Of a DNA stretch of 64,000 nucleotides, positions 23,448-36,336 are shown piece after piece. The DNA comes from Malacoraja senta. Taxonomy: Eukaryota. Below the pieces are notes generated by a model. It worked only from the letters and a program-made list of their open reading frames with translations. It searched no databases and was not told where the DNA came from. The stretch lies in the NCBI GenBank assembly GCA_038087875.1, contig CM075989.1:21144001-21208000 (forward strand). The letters run 5' to 3'. Every line of letters starts with the position of its first letter. The stretch's first letter is position 1. The translations under genes and the position numbers were made by a program.

Positions 23448-24290
23448 ATGAATGAAATGACAGTGAATGCAGTAACAAGGTTCAGCACCATAAGTGCTCA
23501 TCGTTCTGTTTCCCTTCACCAGACCCAATGAATCTGAGGCTATTTCACCACATGCATCAACATCCCTGTTTAGATCACCTCCTTCAGTATAAATCGGGAT
23601 TAAAATCCTGGCCCCGTTGCAATGCTTCTTCCAAATGTTGAGGATTTTGCGGACTGGAGTGAGTATAGGCGTGGGTGGAATGGTGAGGTGCTGCCAATGT
23701 CGTTTACACTTCCAAAGCTGCAGAACATGTCCTCAGTATAATTACATGCAGGCAGGCATACATTTGATATTCAATTATCTCCGCATTTAAAATTTAAATA
23801 AGACCTCCAAGAATTTTTCATGTCTGCAGTGAACTGTAATCAAAAGTCAGTTTCTTCAAGTCAGGTACAGTTGTAGTCCTTGACCTGAAAGACTCATCTG
23901 TATCGTTTCTGCTACAATATCAGGTTTGACCTTCTGTGACTGCTGCACTCCAAAGACTTTGCTTCATTATCCACTGTCGATGCTTTGGTCTCTTTTCCGT
24001 ACCAATCCTGACATTTTCTGACGCTCTGACCTCTGTGTATGTGATCATGAATGCACCAACGTTGTCCTCAAATTATTGCCTAATGGAATAGAGTCTGGGT
24101 GAGGTTTCCACAGCTTGTTGGCACGGTGGCACAGTGCTTTACAATGCCAGAGACCCGAGATCAATCCTGACTACGGGTGCAACCTGTAGTTTGTATGTCC
24201 CCCCCCCCCACCCCGTGACCTGCGTGGGTTTTCTCCTGGATCTTCGGTTTCCTCCCACAATCCAAAGATGTACAGGTTTGTAGGTTAATT

Positions 24291-24480
24291 CTTCTTAATC
24301 GAGTCCACATCATAAGATTAGAAATTGTTCAGCCAGAGCTGAACACACTTCTCAGCATCTGTATACAATGGCATCTTGCGCTTCTTGTGCTTCTTGTGCT
24401 TCTTGTTCGTGGTGGTGGTGGAAAGATTTGGTGGTGGTGGTGGAAGCAGGGCCGCGACGTGAACACTTTTTCCTTGACCC
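24291..24480 (-). mobile_element. Short non-tRNA retroposon, Vingi-like bipartite element (copy 2)
   Basis: Same 5' start GGGTCAAGGAAA and AAG tail as copy 1; TSD GTAGGTTAATT at 24280-24290 and 24482-24492. Confidence 0.65.
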
Positions 24481-24499
24481 AGTAGGTTAATTGGCTTCC

Positions 24500-24634
24500 T
24501 AAGTCTGAAGAAGGGTTTCGGCCCGAAACGTTGCCTATTTCCTTCGCTCCATAGATGCTGCTGCACCCGCTGAGTTTCTCCAGCACTTTTTGTGTACCTT
24601 CGATATTTCCAGCATCTGCAGTTCCTTCTTTAAC
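24500..24634 (+). mobile_element. Penelope-derived short element with hammerhead core
   Basis: CTGAAGAAGGGTTTCGGCCCGAAACGTT at 24505-24532; TSD AGGTTAATTGGCTT at 24484-24497 and 24635-24648. Confidence 0.82.
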
Positions 24635-24709
24635 AGGTTAATTGGCTTGGTGCAAATGTAATTTGTCCCTCGAAAAGGCATGATGCTACTGAAATGCTGT
24701 TGTTTAGGA

Positions 24710-25235
24710 ATTGGCTTGGTACAAAGCCGTCGAGTTGCTGCCTTCCAACGCCAGGGACCCGGGTTCGATCCTGACTACGGGTGCTGTCTGCACGGAGTTT
24801 GTACGTTCTTCCCGTAACCTGCGTGGGTTTTCTCCAGGTGCTCCGTTTTCCTCCTATGCTCCAAAGACGTGCGGGTTTGTAAGCTAATTGTTAGGAAGGA
24901 ACTGCAGATGCTGGTTTACACTGAAGATAGACACAAACTGCTGGAGTAACTCAGCGGGACATCTCTGGTTAGAAGGAATGGGTGACATTTCGGGTCGAGA
25001 CCGTCTCAAGCTGAAACGTCACCCATTTCTTCTACCCAGGGATGCTGCCTGTCCTGCTGAGTTCCTCCAGCAGTTTGTGTGTACGTTCTGTAGGTTTAAT
25101 TGGCTTTGGTAAAGATTGTAAATTGTCCCTAGTGTGTGTAGGATAGTGCTAGTGTATGGGGATCCCTGGTGGGTGCGGACTCGGTGGGCCGAGGGGCCTG
25201 TTTCCGCGCTGTATCTCTACACTAAACTAAACTAA
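24710..25235 (+). mobile_element. HE1-like SINE with a nested Penelope fold-back element (~24890-25085)
   Basis: SINE head/core, inverted pLTR arms, then SINE tail. Confidence 0.85.
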
Positions 25236-26184
25236 CCGAATGCAATGTCGACCTGCCTGTGTTTCATCTGTAATAAATTCTGATTTTTGTTTTATGGAGC
25301 TAATACTGTTGATTTTCTTTCTTCATCAGTAACCAAACTGTCAGCAGTAAGCCTTCAGGAGGTTGGAGCCGTTTCAACATCTCAGGAGCCTAACAGTAAA
25401 AGATCTCCTAATGCTCAGTGATATTGTTGCGATGTACTCTTGACCCAAAAGTGATCTATTTCGCTGCAACCGTTAAATTTTTAATGGTGCAATGATATTT
25501 TGCACGTGGACTTTGGAGACAATTTGTCCAGTTAGGAGCTGAAGGTACCTGATAACAAACTCGAGGAGTATATTAAAAGACTTGAGGAAAAGTAAAGTAT
25601 CTGAAAACTTGATAAGTTTTGCAAAGCTGCCAAGTTTTGCAATTTAAGAGTCAGGCTCGCTACTTCTCCATGTTCCACTCTTAGAAAATAAAGGCATCTT
25701 TATATATTGCAGTAGACTTGTAATTCATCTCTTTTCTTTGTGCTTATAAAATCTCACTGCAAGTAATGTGCCAACGTTGGCAGCTATAGGTTTGTTGACT
25801 TTAATACAAAGTTCATTTCGGGGTCAAGCACTTACGGTTGGTTCATTGAACATTTGGGACGTCTAAAACTCTGGGCCAGAAATTGGAGCTAATTTAAATT
25901 TAGATGGTTCAATCGGACCAGATCAAAGCTAAACATTGCTTGGGTCTAGCACAGATTATTTTTAAATGGCAGCTATTCACTTCTTAACCCCACCAGCTGC
26001 AAACTTGCTTTTGATTTAATTTTTTTTTTAAATCCTCCACAATTGAATGCAGTGCATCAGTTAACATTGTGGCATTCGTGTGAATTGGTGTCAGAAGTAG
26101 AGATGAATGCTTTAGCCATAAATTGAAGCTTGCTTTTACATGATCAATGTTGTCAGATTAATTTGAGTTTTGTTCAGTTATTTA

Positions 26185-26495
26185 AACATGCAGCATGGAG
26201 ACGGGCCCTGCGGCCTGTCGAGTCCACGCCGAGTCCACGCCGACCACCCGTTCCCACCAGTTCTATTCAATTTCCCGCTTTCTCATCCACTCCCTACATG
26301 CTGGGGGACAATTTACAGAGGGCCGATCAAACTGCAAACCTGTACGTCTTTGGGATGTGGGAGGAAACTGGAGCACCCGGAGGAAACCCACGCGGTCACT
26401 GGGGGAACGTGCAAACTCCACACACCGACAGTACCTGAAGACAGGATCGAACCTGGGTCTCTGGCGCTGGGAAGACGCAGCTCCACCATTGTGCT
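26185..26495 (-). mobile_element. HE1-like SINE variant
   Basis: Reverse complement of core and B box. Confidence 0.8.
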
Positions 26496-26609
26496 TCTGA
26501 AAAGGTGGAATGCAGAAATTGAAACTTAGTTGAATTTGGTTTCTTTGGATTGAAGGATGTCTTTTTTTTGTTAAGTGGTGCTTAAATTAAGTCATTCAAA
26601 TTAGCAGAA

Positions 26610-27110
26610 ACAGGGAACTGCGGATGCTGGTTGATACACAAAAGGACATGAAGTGCTGGAGTATTTCAACAAGTCTGGCAGCATCTCTGGAGAACACGAG
26701 TAGATGTCCCTGCACCTATCCATGTTCTCCAGAGATGCTGCCTGACCTGCTGAGTTACTCCAGAACTTTGTGTCCTTCTTTGCATTGGCAGTAGGCCCAA
26801 AGCAGCCCGTGGCAACCTGTTAGGTTCAGTTTCAAACTGGAACAGCAGCTTCATGATATACAGTGTTAAATGCGATCTTCAGAGAGAGGTAGACAAAAAT
26901 GCTGGAGAAACTCAGCGGGTGAGGCAGCAACTGTGGAGCGAAGGAATAGGTGACGTTTCGGGTCTAGACCCTCGAGATCAGTTTGAAGAAGGGTCTCGAC
27001 CCGAAATGTCACCTATTCCTTCGCTCCATAAATGCTGCCTCACCCGCTGAGTTTCTCCAGCATTTTTGTCTACCTTCGATTTTTCCAGCATCTGCAGTTC
27101 TTTCTTAAAC
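26610..27110. mobile_element. Two Penelope-derived fold-back elements (26610-26780; 26887-27110)
   Basis: Inverted pLTR arms; TTGAAGAAGGGTCTCGACCCGAAATGTC near 26983. Confidence 0.8.
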
Positions 27111-27305
27111 ATTTAGAGAGATTTAAACACTTGCTTCACCTTTGATATCAGCTGGAGAAAGTCTCTTTATTTTACACTGGTCAATCAGAAAAGATACCCC
27201 TGGTTATTAGCACACCTGTACAGTTGGTCTTCAGCTGAGTCAAAATAGATATCTCATAAGTATTGTTGAGTATTCATGGATCAGAACAGATTAGAGAGAT
27301 GCAGC

Positions 27306-27762
27306 GACACCCAGGTCTCGCTGCATCTCCCCATTTCCTAATCGGCCACCATTTAGATAATAGTCTGCTTTCCTGTTTTTGCCACCAAAGTGGATAACCT
27401 CACATTTATCCACATTATACTGCATCTGCCAAACATTTGCCCACTCACCCAGCTTATCCAAGTCACCTTGCAGTCTCCTAGCATCCTCCTCACAGCTAAT
27501 ACTGCCCCCCCAGCTTAGTGTCATCCGCAAACCTGGAGATGTTGCCTTCAATTCCCTCATCCAGGTCATTAATATAAATTGTAAATAGCTGGGGTCCCAG
27601 CACTGAGCCTTGCGGTACCCCACTAGTCACTGCCTGCCATTGTGAAAAGGACCCGTTTACTCCTACTCTTTGCTTCCTGTTTGCCAGCCAGTTCTCTATC
27701 CACATCAATACTGAACCCCCAATACCGTGTGCTTTAAGTTTGTATACTAATCTCTTATGTGG
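27306..27762 (-). mobile_element. CR1 LINE reverse-transcriptase core fragment
   Basis: Peptide [13 protein letters not shown]...[22 protein letters not shown]...FADDTKLGG, frameshift, then LQGDLDKLGEWANVWQMQYNVDKCEVIHFG. Confidence 0.95.
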
Positions 27763-28427
27763 TGAGACAAAAGAGGAGCTTGCCAGCTGCGTGGAGGACT
27801 GAGATGTGTGGAGCGTCCGTCACCGTGCCCGGCGGAAACCAGCACCACCGCATCGCTAATAATTTCAACTAATAATCGCTAATAATTGGACGGGGCATCT
27901 TGGTCGACAGGGGCAAGCTGGGCTGTACGGCCTGTTTCCGTGCTGTACAACTCTATGCCTCCAAATGGGATTAATGTATTTGGGCAAAGGGTCAGCACAG
28001 TTGTGATGGGCCAAAGGGCTCATTTCTGTGCTGTATGGCTGTATTCCACATCTCTTTAATAGCTGCCGGTCGCAGTGGAACACTAGAGATGGAGTTGATG
28101 GTCTTGGCACTCTGTATTATTTTCAAACCAGCAAGTCAGAATATTTTATTTCATTCCATTTTTAATTCATTATCTTTGCTCCTTTGAGGATAAGGGTGGC
28201 TGGGAGCTGGAGAAAGAATCTTCACTGCCTAACGATTGACCAGAGTGGAGCATGTTAGATGTGCCAACTAAAGGGGAAGTTCTTCCAGTTGGGAGTTGTA
28301 AAGATGGACTTTTCCAACCTGATTTGGCCCAGCATATTCCCATTGATACCAGCCAACTGGATTTAAACGCAAGATGCATCCGAATTTCACCAGCTGTCAT
28401 TGTCTACTGATCAAAAGTAGGAGGCAT

Positions 28428-28857
28428 AGAAACATAGAAAATAGGTGCAGGAGTAGGCCATTCGGCCCTTCGAGCCAGCACCGCCATTCAATATGATCAT
28501 GGCTGATCATCCAAAATCAGTACCCTGTTCCTGCTTTTCCCCCATCTCCCTTGATTTCATTGGTCCTAAGAGCTAAATCTAACTCTCTCTTAAATACATC
28601 CAGCGAATTGGCCTCCACTGCCTTCTGAGGCAGGGAATTCCACAGATTCACAACTCTGCGTGAAAATGTTTATCCTCATCTCAGCCCTAAATGGCCTTAT
28701 TCTTAAACTGTGACCCCTGGTTCTGGATTCCCCCAACATGGGGAACATGTTTCCTGCATCTAGCCTGTCCAATCCCTTAAGAATTTAATATGTTTCTACA
28801 AGATCCTCTCTCATCCTTCTAAGTTCCAGTGAATACAAGCCCAGTCGACCCATTCTT
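28428..28857 (-). mobile_element. CR1/HER1 LINE 3' fragment
   Basis: Peptide DRLDAGNMFPMLGESRTRGHSLRI plus UTR and tail. Confidence 0.9.
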
Positions 28858-29287
28858 TGGGCAGGGCTGGTTTAGCCTCTACAGCACTGAGAACGACATC
28901 TCACCACAAGCCTGTACTGACTGAAGTCGGCTAATTCAGAGCAGATTAGTTTTGCAGGGAGTTCTTTGCCTCGAGAGCTCCTTGCTCTGGTGTAAAATCT
29001 CTTTTTGATTCTGAAATGGAAAAGCTGGATTTGAACCAGTATGCTGTTATTCCATGGGAATTTTACTTTCCAGAACACACAACCTGAGAAATATCCTGCA
29101 CTTTAGTTGTAGCTGGGTCAATGTTTGATCAAAACACCTTGAGTGATTGCTACATATCTTTATTTTGAGCTCAGTCTCGGCTGAGAAACCATCACACCTG
29201 ATAGTCTCCGCTTCGGTACATACACAATGTGTTTGAGAAACATTGATTACTGTTTACTCCTTGGTTTGGGAACTATTCTTTTTGAAG

Positions 29288-29552
29288 TTCAGTTTAGTTT
29301 ATTGTCACGTGTACCGAGGTACAGTGAAAAGCTTTTGTTGCGTGCTATCCAGTCAGTGGAAAGACAATACATGATTGCAATCAAGCCATTTACAGTGTAG
29401 AGATACATGAATAGGGGAATAACTTTTAGTGCAAGGTAAAGCCAGCAAAGTCCGATCAAGGATAGTCCAAGGGTCACCAATGAAGTAGATAGCAATCAAC
29501 ACTGCTCTCTGGTTATGGTTAGATGATTCTGTTGCCTGAGAACAGCTGGTAA
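29288..29552 (-). mobile_element. Rex-type LINE 3' UTR
   Basis: Closely similar to 32488-32750, with (TAAAC)n tail. Confidence 0.8.
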
Positions 29553-29777
29553 GATGTTTAGCTGGAAAAATAAGCATGGCCCGTCTGGGTAAAATATCGA
29601 ACTATATTTTCCGCATGCTAACTATAGAGTGTGATCATGCAATCTCACTCTGTTTATATATTAGTCTCGGATTAATTTTTTGTTAAAGTACTTACAAGGG
29701 GCAGAAATTCACCAAAGACGGAACATTAATTGACTTAACTTTGGAAGTGTCCTTAAAGACAAAATTTTTAATTTTAT

Positions 29778-30122
29778 TTAGAGATATAGTGCAGAAACAG
29801 GCTCTTCAGCCAACCGAGTCCGCACCGACCAGCGATCCCCATGCACTATCTAGATGCACTAGGGACAATTTACATTTATACCAAGCCAATTAACTTACAA
29901 CCCATGACCTGCGTGGGTTTTCTCCGAGATCTTCAGTTTTCTCCCACACTCCAAAGACGTACAGGTTTGTAGGTTAATTGGCTTGGTGCATGTGTAAATT
30001 GTCCCTAGGGTGTGTAGGATAGTGTTAATGTGCGGGGATCGCTGGTTGGCGCGGAGTCGGTGGGCCGAAGGGCCTGTTTCTGTGCTGTATCTCTAAACTA
30101 AACTAAACTAAACTAAACTAAA
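29778..30122. mobile_element. Inverted pair of HE1-like SINE 3' parts
   Basis: Minus-strand tail (29778-29900) joined directly to a plus-strand core and tail (29901-30122). Confidence 0.85.
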
Positions 30123-30644
30123 ATCATACATCTTCTTTACCAACGAGGAAACCCCCCATAAAAGCAGATCTGACAAAGGGTTAGAAATGTTCACAGTTTC
30201 TCTCCCCATGGATATTGCTTGTGCAGTAGACAATTTCCAACATTTCCTCTTTGATATCACAGTTTTCTTTTGATTTTCAAGGAATCTTTCTCTCCAGATT
30301 CAGGGACAATTTCTTCTCAGCTGCTATCAGGCAACTGAACCATCCTATCACAATCCAGAGAGCGGTCCTGACCTCCCACCTACCTCATTGAACACCCATT
30401 AGACAATCTTTAATTGGACGTTACTGGACTTTATCTTGCACTGAATGTTATTCCATGTATCCTGTACCTGTACACCATGGATGGCTTGATGTAATCATTT
30501 ATAGTCTGTAGATCCCTCGGTTGTTGGAGAGGTCAGTATCTTATATGGACCAGGCAGCGTCTACTAATCTCATTCATTGCTGGGCCTCGAGTTTCCAAAT
30601 CAGGCTGCAATGCAACCAGTCTGGCTGCTCTCAACCAAACTCTG

Positions 30645-30900
30645 CAGAAACAGGCTCTTTGGCCCATTGAGTCCGCGCCGACCAGCAATCCCCGCACACT
30701 AACATTTTCCTACACGCACACGGGACAATTTACATTTATACCAAACGAATTAACCTACAAACCTGTACATCTTTGGAGTGTGGGAGGAAACCAAAGATCT
30801 TATGGAAAATCCACGCGGTCGCGGGGAGAACGCACAAACTCCGTATGGATAGAACCCGTAGTCAGGGTCGATCCCAGGTCTCTGGCGCCACTGTGCCACC
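30645..30900 (-). mobile_element. HE1-like SINE
   Basis: Reverse complement of core, B box and head. Confidence 0.85.
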
Positions 30901-31049
30901 CATTTGTTGTTATTTAATTGAGAGAATAATTCCATCTAGATCTTTGTAGATTATCCATTTTATCCACTACAGCAACATGGGTGAGATCAGACCGTATGTA
31001 CATCTAATATTTTTAGTCACTCCTCTGGAGAGGTACGGTTAATTCTAAC

Positions 31050-32090
31050 CTTCTTGTTTCTCATTGTCACCTTCCCCTCAGCCAACAATGAACCATTCTG
31101 AATCAACACGAAAAGCTGGAGTGACTCAGCGGGTCAGACAGCATCTCTGGGTAAAAGGAATAGGTGACGTTTTGGGTCGAGACCCTTCTTCAGACTGAGA
31201 GTCTGGGGAAAGGGAAACGAGAGATATAGACGGTGATGTAGAGAGATATAGAACTAATAAATGAAAGATATGCCAAAAGGTAACGATGATAAAGGAAACA
31301 GGTGATTGTTAGCTGTGGGCTCGGTGAAAACGAGTTACAGACAATGAGAAACATTCAACATTTCCTTGATCGTTGTCTGCTTTAAGGGGCTGTCCCACTG
31401 CGGCGACCTTATTGGCGAGTTTAGAAGAGTTTAGGAGAGTTTGAAAAAATGACATGTTAAAGACCTCCTTCGACCTCCTTCGACTATGCTGAAGTCTAGC
31501 TATGACTAACTTCGGGAAAATTGGACACCGAATAGTGGAGAGTGAAGACGACCTCCTTCGATCTCCTTCGACCTCCTTTCGACTATGATGAAGACTATCT
31601 ATGACTACCTTCGACTACCTTCGACTACCCTTGATTACCTACGACTAACATGCCGATCTACTACGACTAAACCTACCAGTAAAGAAAGGATTGATTTTTT
31701 TCATGGCGACCTTTAATTGCTCGCGGGCATTTTTCAAAATGTTGAAAAATACGCCACGACCTAGCTGAGGCCTTGAGTACACGGGGACTACTCTTAAGCA
31801 TGAAGGAGAGCTACAAAGACCTCCTACAATCTCGTGTCGACCATGCTGCGAGTATGAGTCGAGGGCAAACTCGCCAGAACTCGCAGATTAGGTCGCCCAA
31901 GTGGGACAGCCCCTCTAACCTGTCATTTTCACACCTTACATTCTCTTTGTGCCCATCCATATCTCAGGCTTCCTTCTCCCCTGATTGCCAGTCTGAGGAA
32001 GGGTCTGGACCCGAAACGTCACCTGTTCCTTCTCTCCAGAAATACCACCAGTCCCACTGAGTTCCTCCAGCATTTTGTGTCTATTTTCAG
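31050..32090 (+). mobile_element. Penelope 3' UTR/pLTR with a nested inverted Penelope UTR (31105-31352) and a MITE
   Basis: Ends CTGAGGAAGGGTCTGGACCCGAAACGTCACC...; the nested piece matches 58675-58905. Confidence 0.7.
31385..31914. mobile_element. PIF/Harbinger-type MITE (family D)
   Basis: TIRs AGGGGCTGTCCCACT..GGCGACC / GGTCGCC..AGTGGGACAGCCCCT; flanks TTA and CTA; tandem GACCTCCTTC and GACTACCTTC units inside. Confidence 0.88.
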
Positions 32091-32487
32091 GTTAATGGTA
32101 ACTATGGTTATGAAGGAAGAGCAGAGTTTTATGTAATAGCACAAATGTTGGTTGCCGCATGCTTCTTGTTCTTTAACCTCAACCTGCTGTATCCCCCATG
32201 ATGTTGTGAATGGTAATCACACTGAATACTGCACAATAATCACCAGCTTCTAAAAGTCCTTCACTTCAAACACTCAATGTACATTTGAGATAGGAGAGAG
32301 TTGGGTCACACAAAAGGGCAGAGGATTCGGGGGATTCAGCTTGATAAGACGCTAAACACAGAATCTCTTGTGGTTAAAGCCATTAAGAAAAGCTAATTAA
32401 CACTGTGTTTAATAGAATGGGTTACAGAATGTAGAAGTTGAACTGGAGCAGCAATTGTGAATGAGTAAAGCTGTAATTGAAGTACTT

Positions 32488-32925
32488 CAGTTTAGTTTAT
32501 TGTCGCGTGTACCGAGGTACAGTGAAAAGGTTTTGTTGCGCGCTATCCAGTCAGCGGAAAGACAATACATGATTACAATCGAGCCATTCACAGTGTATAG
32601 ATACATGATAAGGGAATAACGTTTAGTGCAAGGTGAATCCAGCAAAGTCCGATCAAGGATAGTCCGAGGGTCACCAATGAGGTAGATAGTAGTTCAGCAC
32701 CGCTCTCTGGTTGTGGTAGGATGATTCAGTTGCCTGATAACAGCTGGGAAGAAACTGTCCCTGAATCTGGAGGTGTGCGTTTTCACACTTCTATACATTT
32801 GCCTGATGGGAGAGGGGAGGAGAGGGAGTGGCCAGGGTGTGACTGGTCCTTGATTATGCTGCTGGCCTTGCCGAGGCAGAGTGAGGTGTAAATGGAGTCA
32901 ATGGAAGGGAGGTTGACTTTTTATG
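32488..32925 (-). mobile_element. Rex1/Babar-type LINE 3' end
   Basis: Minus strand reads YRSVKTHTSRFRDSFFPAVIRQLN, then UTR and (TAAAC)n tail. Confidence 0.82.
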
Positions 32926-34302
32926 ATGGGGGAGTTCTGGGCTAAAACAGACTAAAACGGAACTAGTGTGACCAATGTTTGGAGTGGAGGCTTCTTTCAA
33001 GAACAGAGAGAGGTAGAATATACACTGTAGACCGTGCGATGCAGACAGGTTCAAAGAGGCTGCTTTCATCATAGCATTTGAAATGTAATAAAGAAAAGTG
33101 TTTGAAAAATTATGAAACAGCGATGCAAGGAAGATAGACAGTGGTTGTAAAATGACATCTGAGAGAGGTCAGAGGGAGCTTTGTGGGTGGAATGCTTGAC
33201 AGAGCAAATGAATGAAGTGTCACAGTGTCTGCATTAAAGAATCAGTTAAATAGATGGTTAAAGAGAAGGGGAATAAAGGCATACGGAAAGAAACGGAATA
33301 TGGAATTAGAACAATTAGTGATGTTAAAGGACATTGGCTCCCTGGGACAAATAGCCTGTGTTTAGAATTTAATTTCTACGCAGTTTTATCAAATGGTTGC
33401 CCGCGACCAGGGATTATTAGTGGATAAATGCACCTAAATTAATACTCCATTTCACAGCTCAATATGTTTGGAGACAGTCAGAACCTGCTGTGATAATAAC
33501 ACTGGACAAGTGCTTCAGATATTGATGTTAACGGAAGCTTAATGGTTTAAATACTCTTGGTCACATTAGATGTCAAGCTCTCTGGAACTGAACTTAATGG
33601 ACTCCCCTAAATGCACACAGTGTCTCGCGCTCGGCCCCAGTCCGTAGAACTGAGCGCACTTTACCATCTCAGCAAGTTATGTTTCATTTCAGAAATTCAT
33701 CCCATTTACTAAATCGGAACTGAATTTTTGAAGCTGGTTTATAACGCACTTAGCAGTAACAGCCTGTGATGAATTTCTAGCCAGTCTTACTTCTGAAAAT
33801 GTGTCACATTAGTAAGGTTGTACCATATCATTTATTAGACAGTATTTGGAAGAGATTAATCTATATTGATATTTGTACTCCAGATGACAAAGTAACTGTG
33901 AATTGTGGGGAAACCCAGGACAGCCAATGTACCAGTCCCATGTGCTTTTACGCCAAGTGTGATGCAAGTATATTAATTGATTATTTAACAGAAAAGACTA
34001 ATTATTTAATTAGGATGGCTAAACAAACACATTTATTTTCTAGTCAGCAAAATAAGTTCAATCTGTGGTAATTTTGCAACAACAGAATTCACAATCAAAC
34101 ATTATAAACAAAACATATTTTTTTAAACTACAGTATGAAATTGTGCACTTTTTTTTCGAAGAGATGTGAAGTTGTGAAGAATGAGGGACAAAGCAACTTA
34201 AAAACTAACTCGTAGAAACAAAGATCTGCAGGTTCTGGTTTATACGAGAGTTAGACACCAAGTGCTGGAGTCAACGGGTCATAAGGGCATAAGGTTTCAA
34301 GG

Positions 34303-34890
34303 ACATGAAGAATAGGAGTAGAATTAGGCCATTCGGCCCATCAAGCCTACTCCGCCATTCAATCATGGCTGATCTATCTCACCCTTCTAACCCCATTCTC
34401 CTGCCTTCTCCGCATAACCTCTGACACCCGTACTAATCAAGAATTTATCTATCTCTGCCATAAAAATATCCACTGACTTGGCCTCCACAATGTGGCAATG
34501 GATTCCACAGATTCCACAGATTCATCACCCTCTGACAAAATAAAATACGCCCTTTAATTCTGAGGCCATGACCTCTAGTCCTAGACTCTCCCACTAGTGG
34601 AAACATCCGCTCCACATCCACTCTGTCCAAGCCTTTCACTATTCTGTATGTTTCAATGAGGTCTCCCCTCATTCTTCTAAACTCCAGCGAGTACAGGCCC
34701 ATTGCCGACAAACACACATCATAGGCTAACCTACTCATTCCTGGGATCTTTCTTGTAAACCTCCTCTGGACCCTCTCCAGAGCCAGCACATCCTTCCTCA
34801 GATATGGTGCCCAAAATTGCTCACAATATTCCAAATGCGGTCTGACCAGTGACTTATAGAGCCTCAGCATTATCTCCCGGTTTTTGTATA
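34303..34890 (-). mobile_element. CR1/HER1 LINE 3' fragment
   Basis: Peptide [46 protein letters not shown]. Confidence 0.95.
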
Positions 34891-34984
34891 CAAGCAAAAA
34901 AACAAGTTTGTTGGTGTTTGGATTTGGGTCAAAGCAGACGGCGTATGTCATTCTAATGATTATGTTATTTATGGAGTCAGAGAG

Positions 34985-35318
34985 TCAAGGAGTGATACAG
35001 TGTGGAAACTGGCCCTTCAGCCCAACTTGCCCATACTGTCCAACAATGTCCCAGCTACACTAGTCCCACTTGCCTGCGCTTGGTCCATACCCCTCTAAAC
35101 CTGTCTAACTGTTTCTTAAACAATGGGATAGTCCCTGCCTCAACTACCTCCTCTGGCAGCTTGTTCCTTACACCCACCACCCTTTGTGTGAAAAAGTTAC
35201 CCCTCCGATTCCTATTAAATCTTTCCCCCTTCACCTTGAACCCATGTCCTCCGGTCCTCGATTCCCCTACTCTGGGCAAGAGACTGTGCATCAACCTGAT
35301 CTATTCCTCTCATGATTT
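34985..35318 (-). mobile_element. CR1 LINE 3' fragment, second subfamily
   Basis: Peptide FFTQRVVGVRNKLPEEVVEAGT; its 3' end (GGGCTGAAGGGCCAGTTTCCACACTGTAT) resembles the SINE tail. Confidence 0.88.
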
Positions 35319-35426
35319 TAGACAGGGTAATTAGAGTGAGGAAAAGCTTGCATTTATAGACTGTCCTTTCAGTGTCCCAGTATTTCCAAGCATGATTTAG
35401 GGAGAGAAAAATGAAGCATTTGGAAG

Positions 35427-35667
35427 CCTGGGTTCGATCCTGACTATGGGTGCTGTCTGTACAGAGTTTGTACGTTCTCCCTAGTGACCTGCGTGGGTTT
35501 TCTCCGGGTGCTCCAGTTTCCTTCCACACTCTAAAGACGTGCAGGTTTGCAGGTTAATTGGCTACTGTAGATTGTAAATTGTCCCTCGTATATGTAGGGT
35601 AATGACCACTGATCGGTGTGGACTCGTTGGGCCGAAGGGCCTGCTTCCGCGCTGTATCTATATCTAA
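35427..35667 (+). mobile_element. HE1-like SINE, 5' truncated
   Basis: B box, core and tail. Confidence 0.85.
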
Positions 35668-36336
35668 ATCACATCCTAGTTTTCTAGGCACAGCACTTGA
35701 GATAGGCTGGAAACATATAAATAATCCTGTGGTACTCAAGATTCACTTCCCATGAGAGGCGACTGTAAAAAATGTCTTCAGCTGCCAGTAATGGACAGTT
35801 TCCACAACCAGACCTTACCGAAGGAAGAAGCAGATGATAAGAGTACCGGTGATTTATTTTCAGTGTCATCCATCAGAGGGTTTGCCTTCAGTATCTTTCA
35901 TAACAGTGGTGATACAAATATTTAACACTTCGGTAAATCATCTTTCCCCTGGCAAAACACACAGAAAAAACAAAGTGCTGGAGCAACTCGGAACAATGAT
36001 CTGTCTGTAGAAGGCTCCCGACCCCAAACGTCACCTATCCATGTTCTCCAGAGATGCTGGCTGACCCGCTGAGTCACTCCAGCGCTTTGAGTCCCTTTTG
36101 CTGGGGGAACTCAGCAGATCAGGCGGCATCTGTTCAAGGAAATGGACAATGATTGGAGTCGGGATTCTTCTCCAAACCCCACCCGGACTGTTGTCTGACC
36201 ATTCCCTCCACAGATGCCGCCTGACCTGCTGAGTTCCTCCGGAAAAATTCCTTGCACGGGTTCACAGGGAGAACGTGCAAACTCCGTACAGACAGCGGCC
36301 ATTGTCAGGATCGAACCTGGGTCTCTGGCACCGTAA

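Larger units (their letters stand above)
24119..24670 (+). mobile_element. HE1-like SINE hosting two nested insertions
   Basis: The SINE motif AGGTTAATT appears three times, as TSDs around the two inserts. Confidence 0.85.

Noticed and set aside
26086..26098. 13-nt match to the tRNA-Leu PBS (TGGTGTCAGAAGT)
   Set aside because: No preceding CA LTR end and no extension; may be chance.
31460..31680. Short GACCTCCTTC/GACTAC repeats superficially like an array
   Set aside because: Irregular tandem units inside a MITE, no repeat-spacer structure, and a vertebrate context; not CRISPR.
35770..35815. Faint resemblance to LF-SINE
   Set aside because: Too short and diverged to support without an HMM search.
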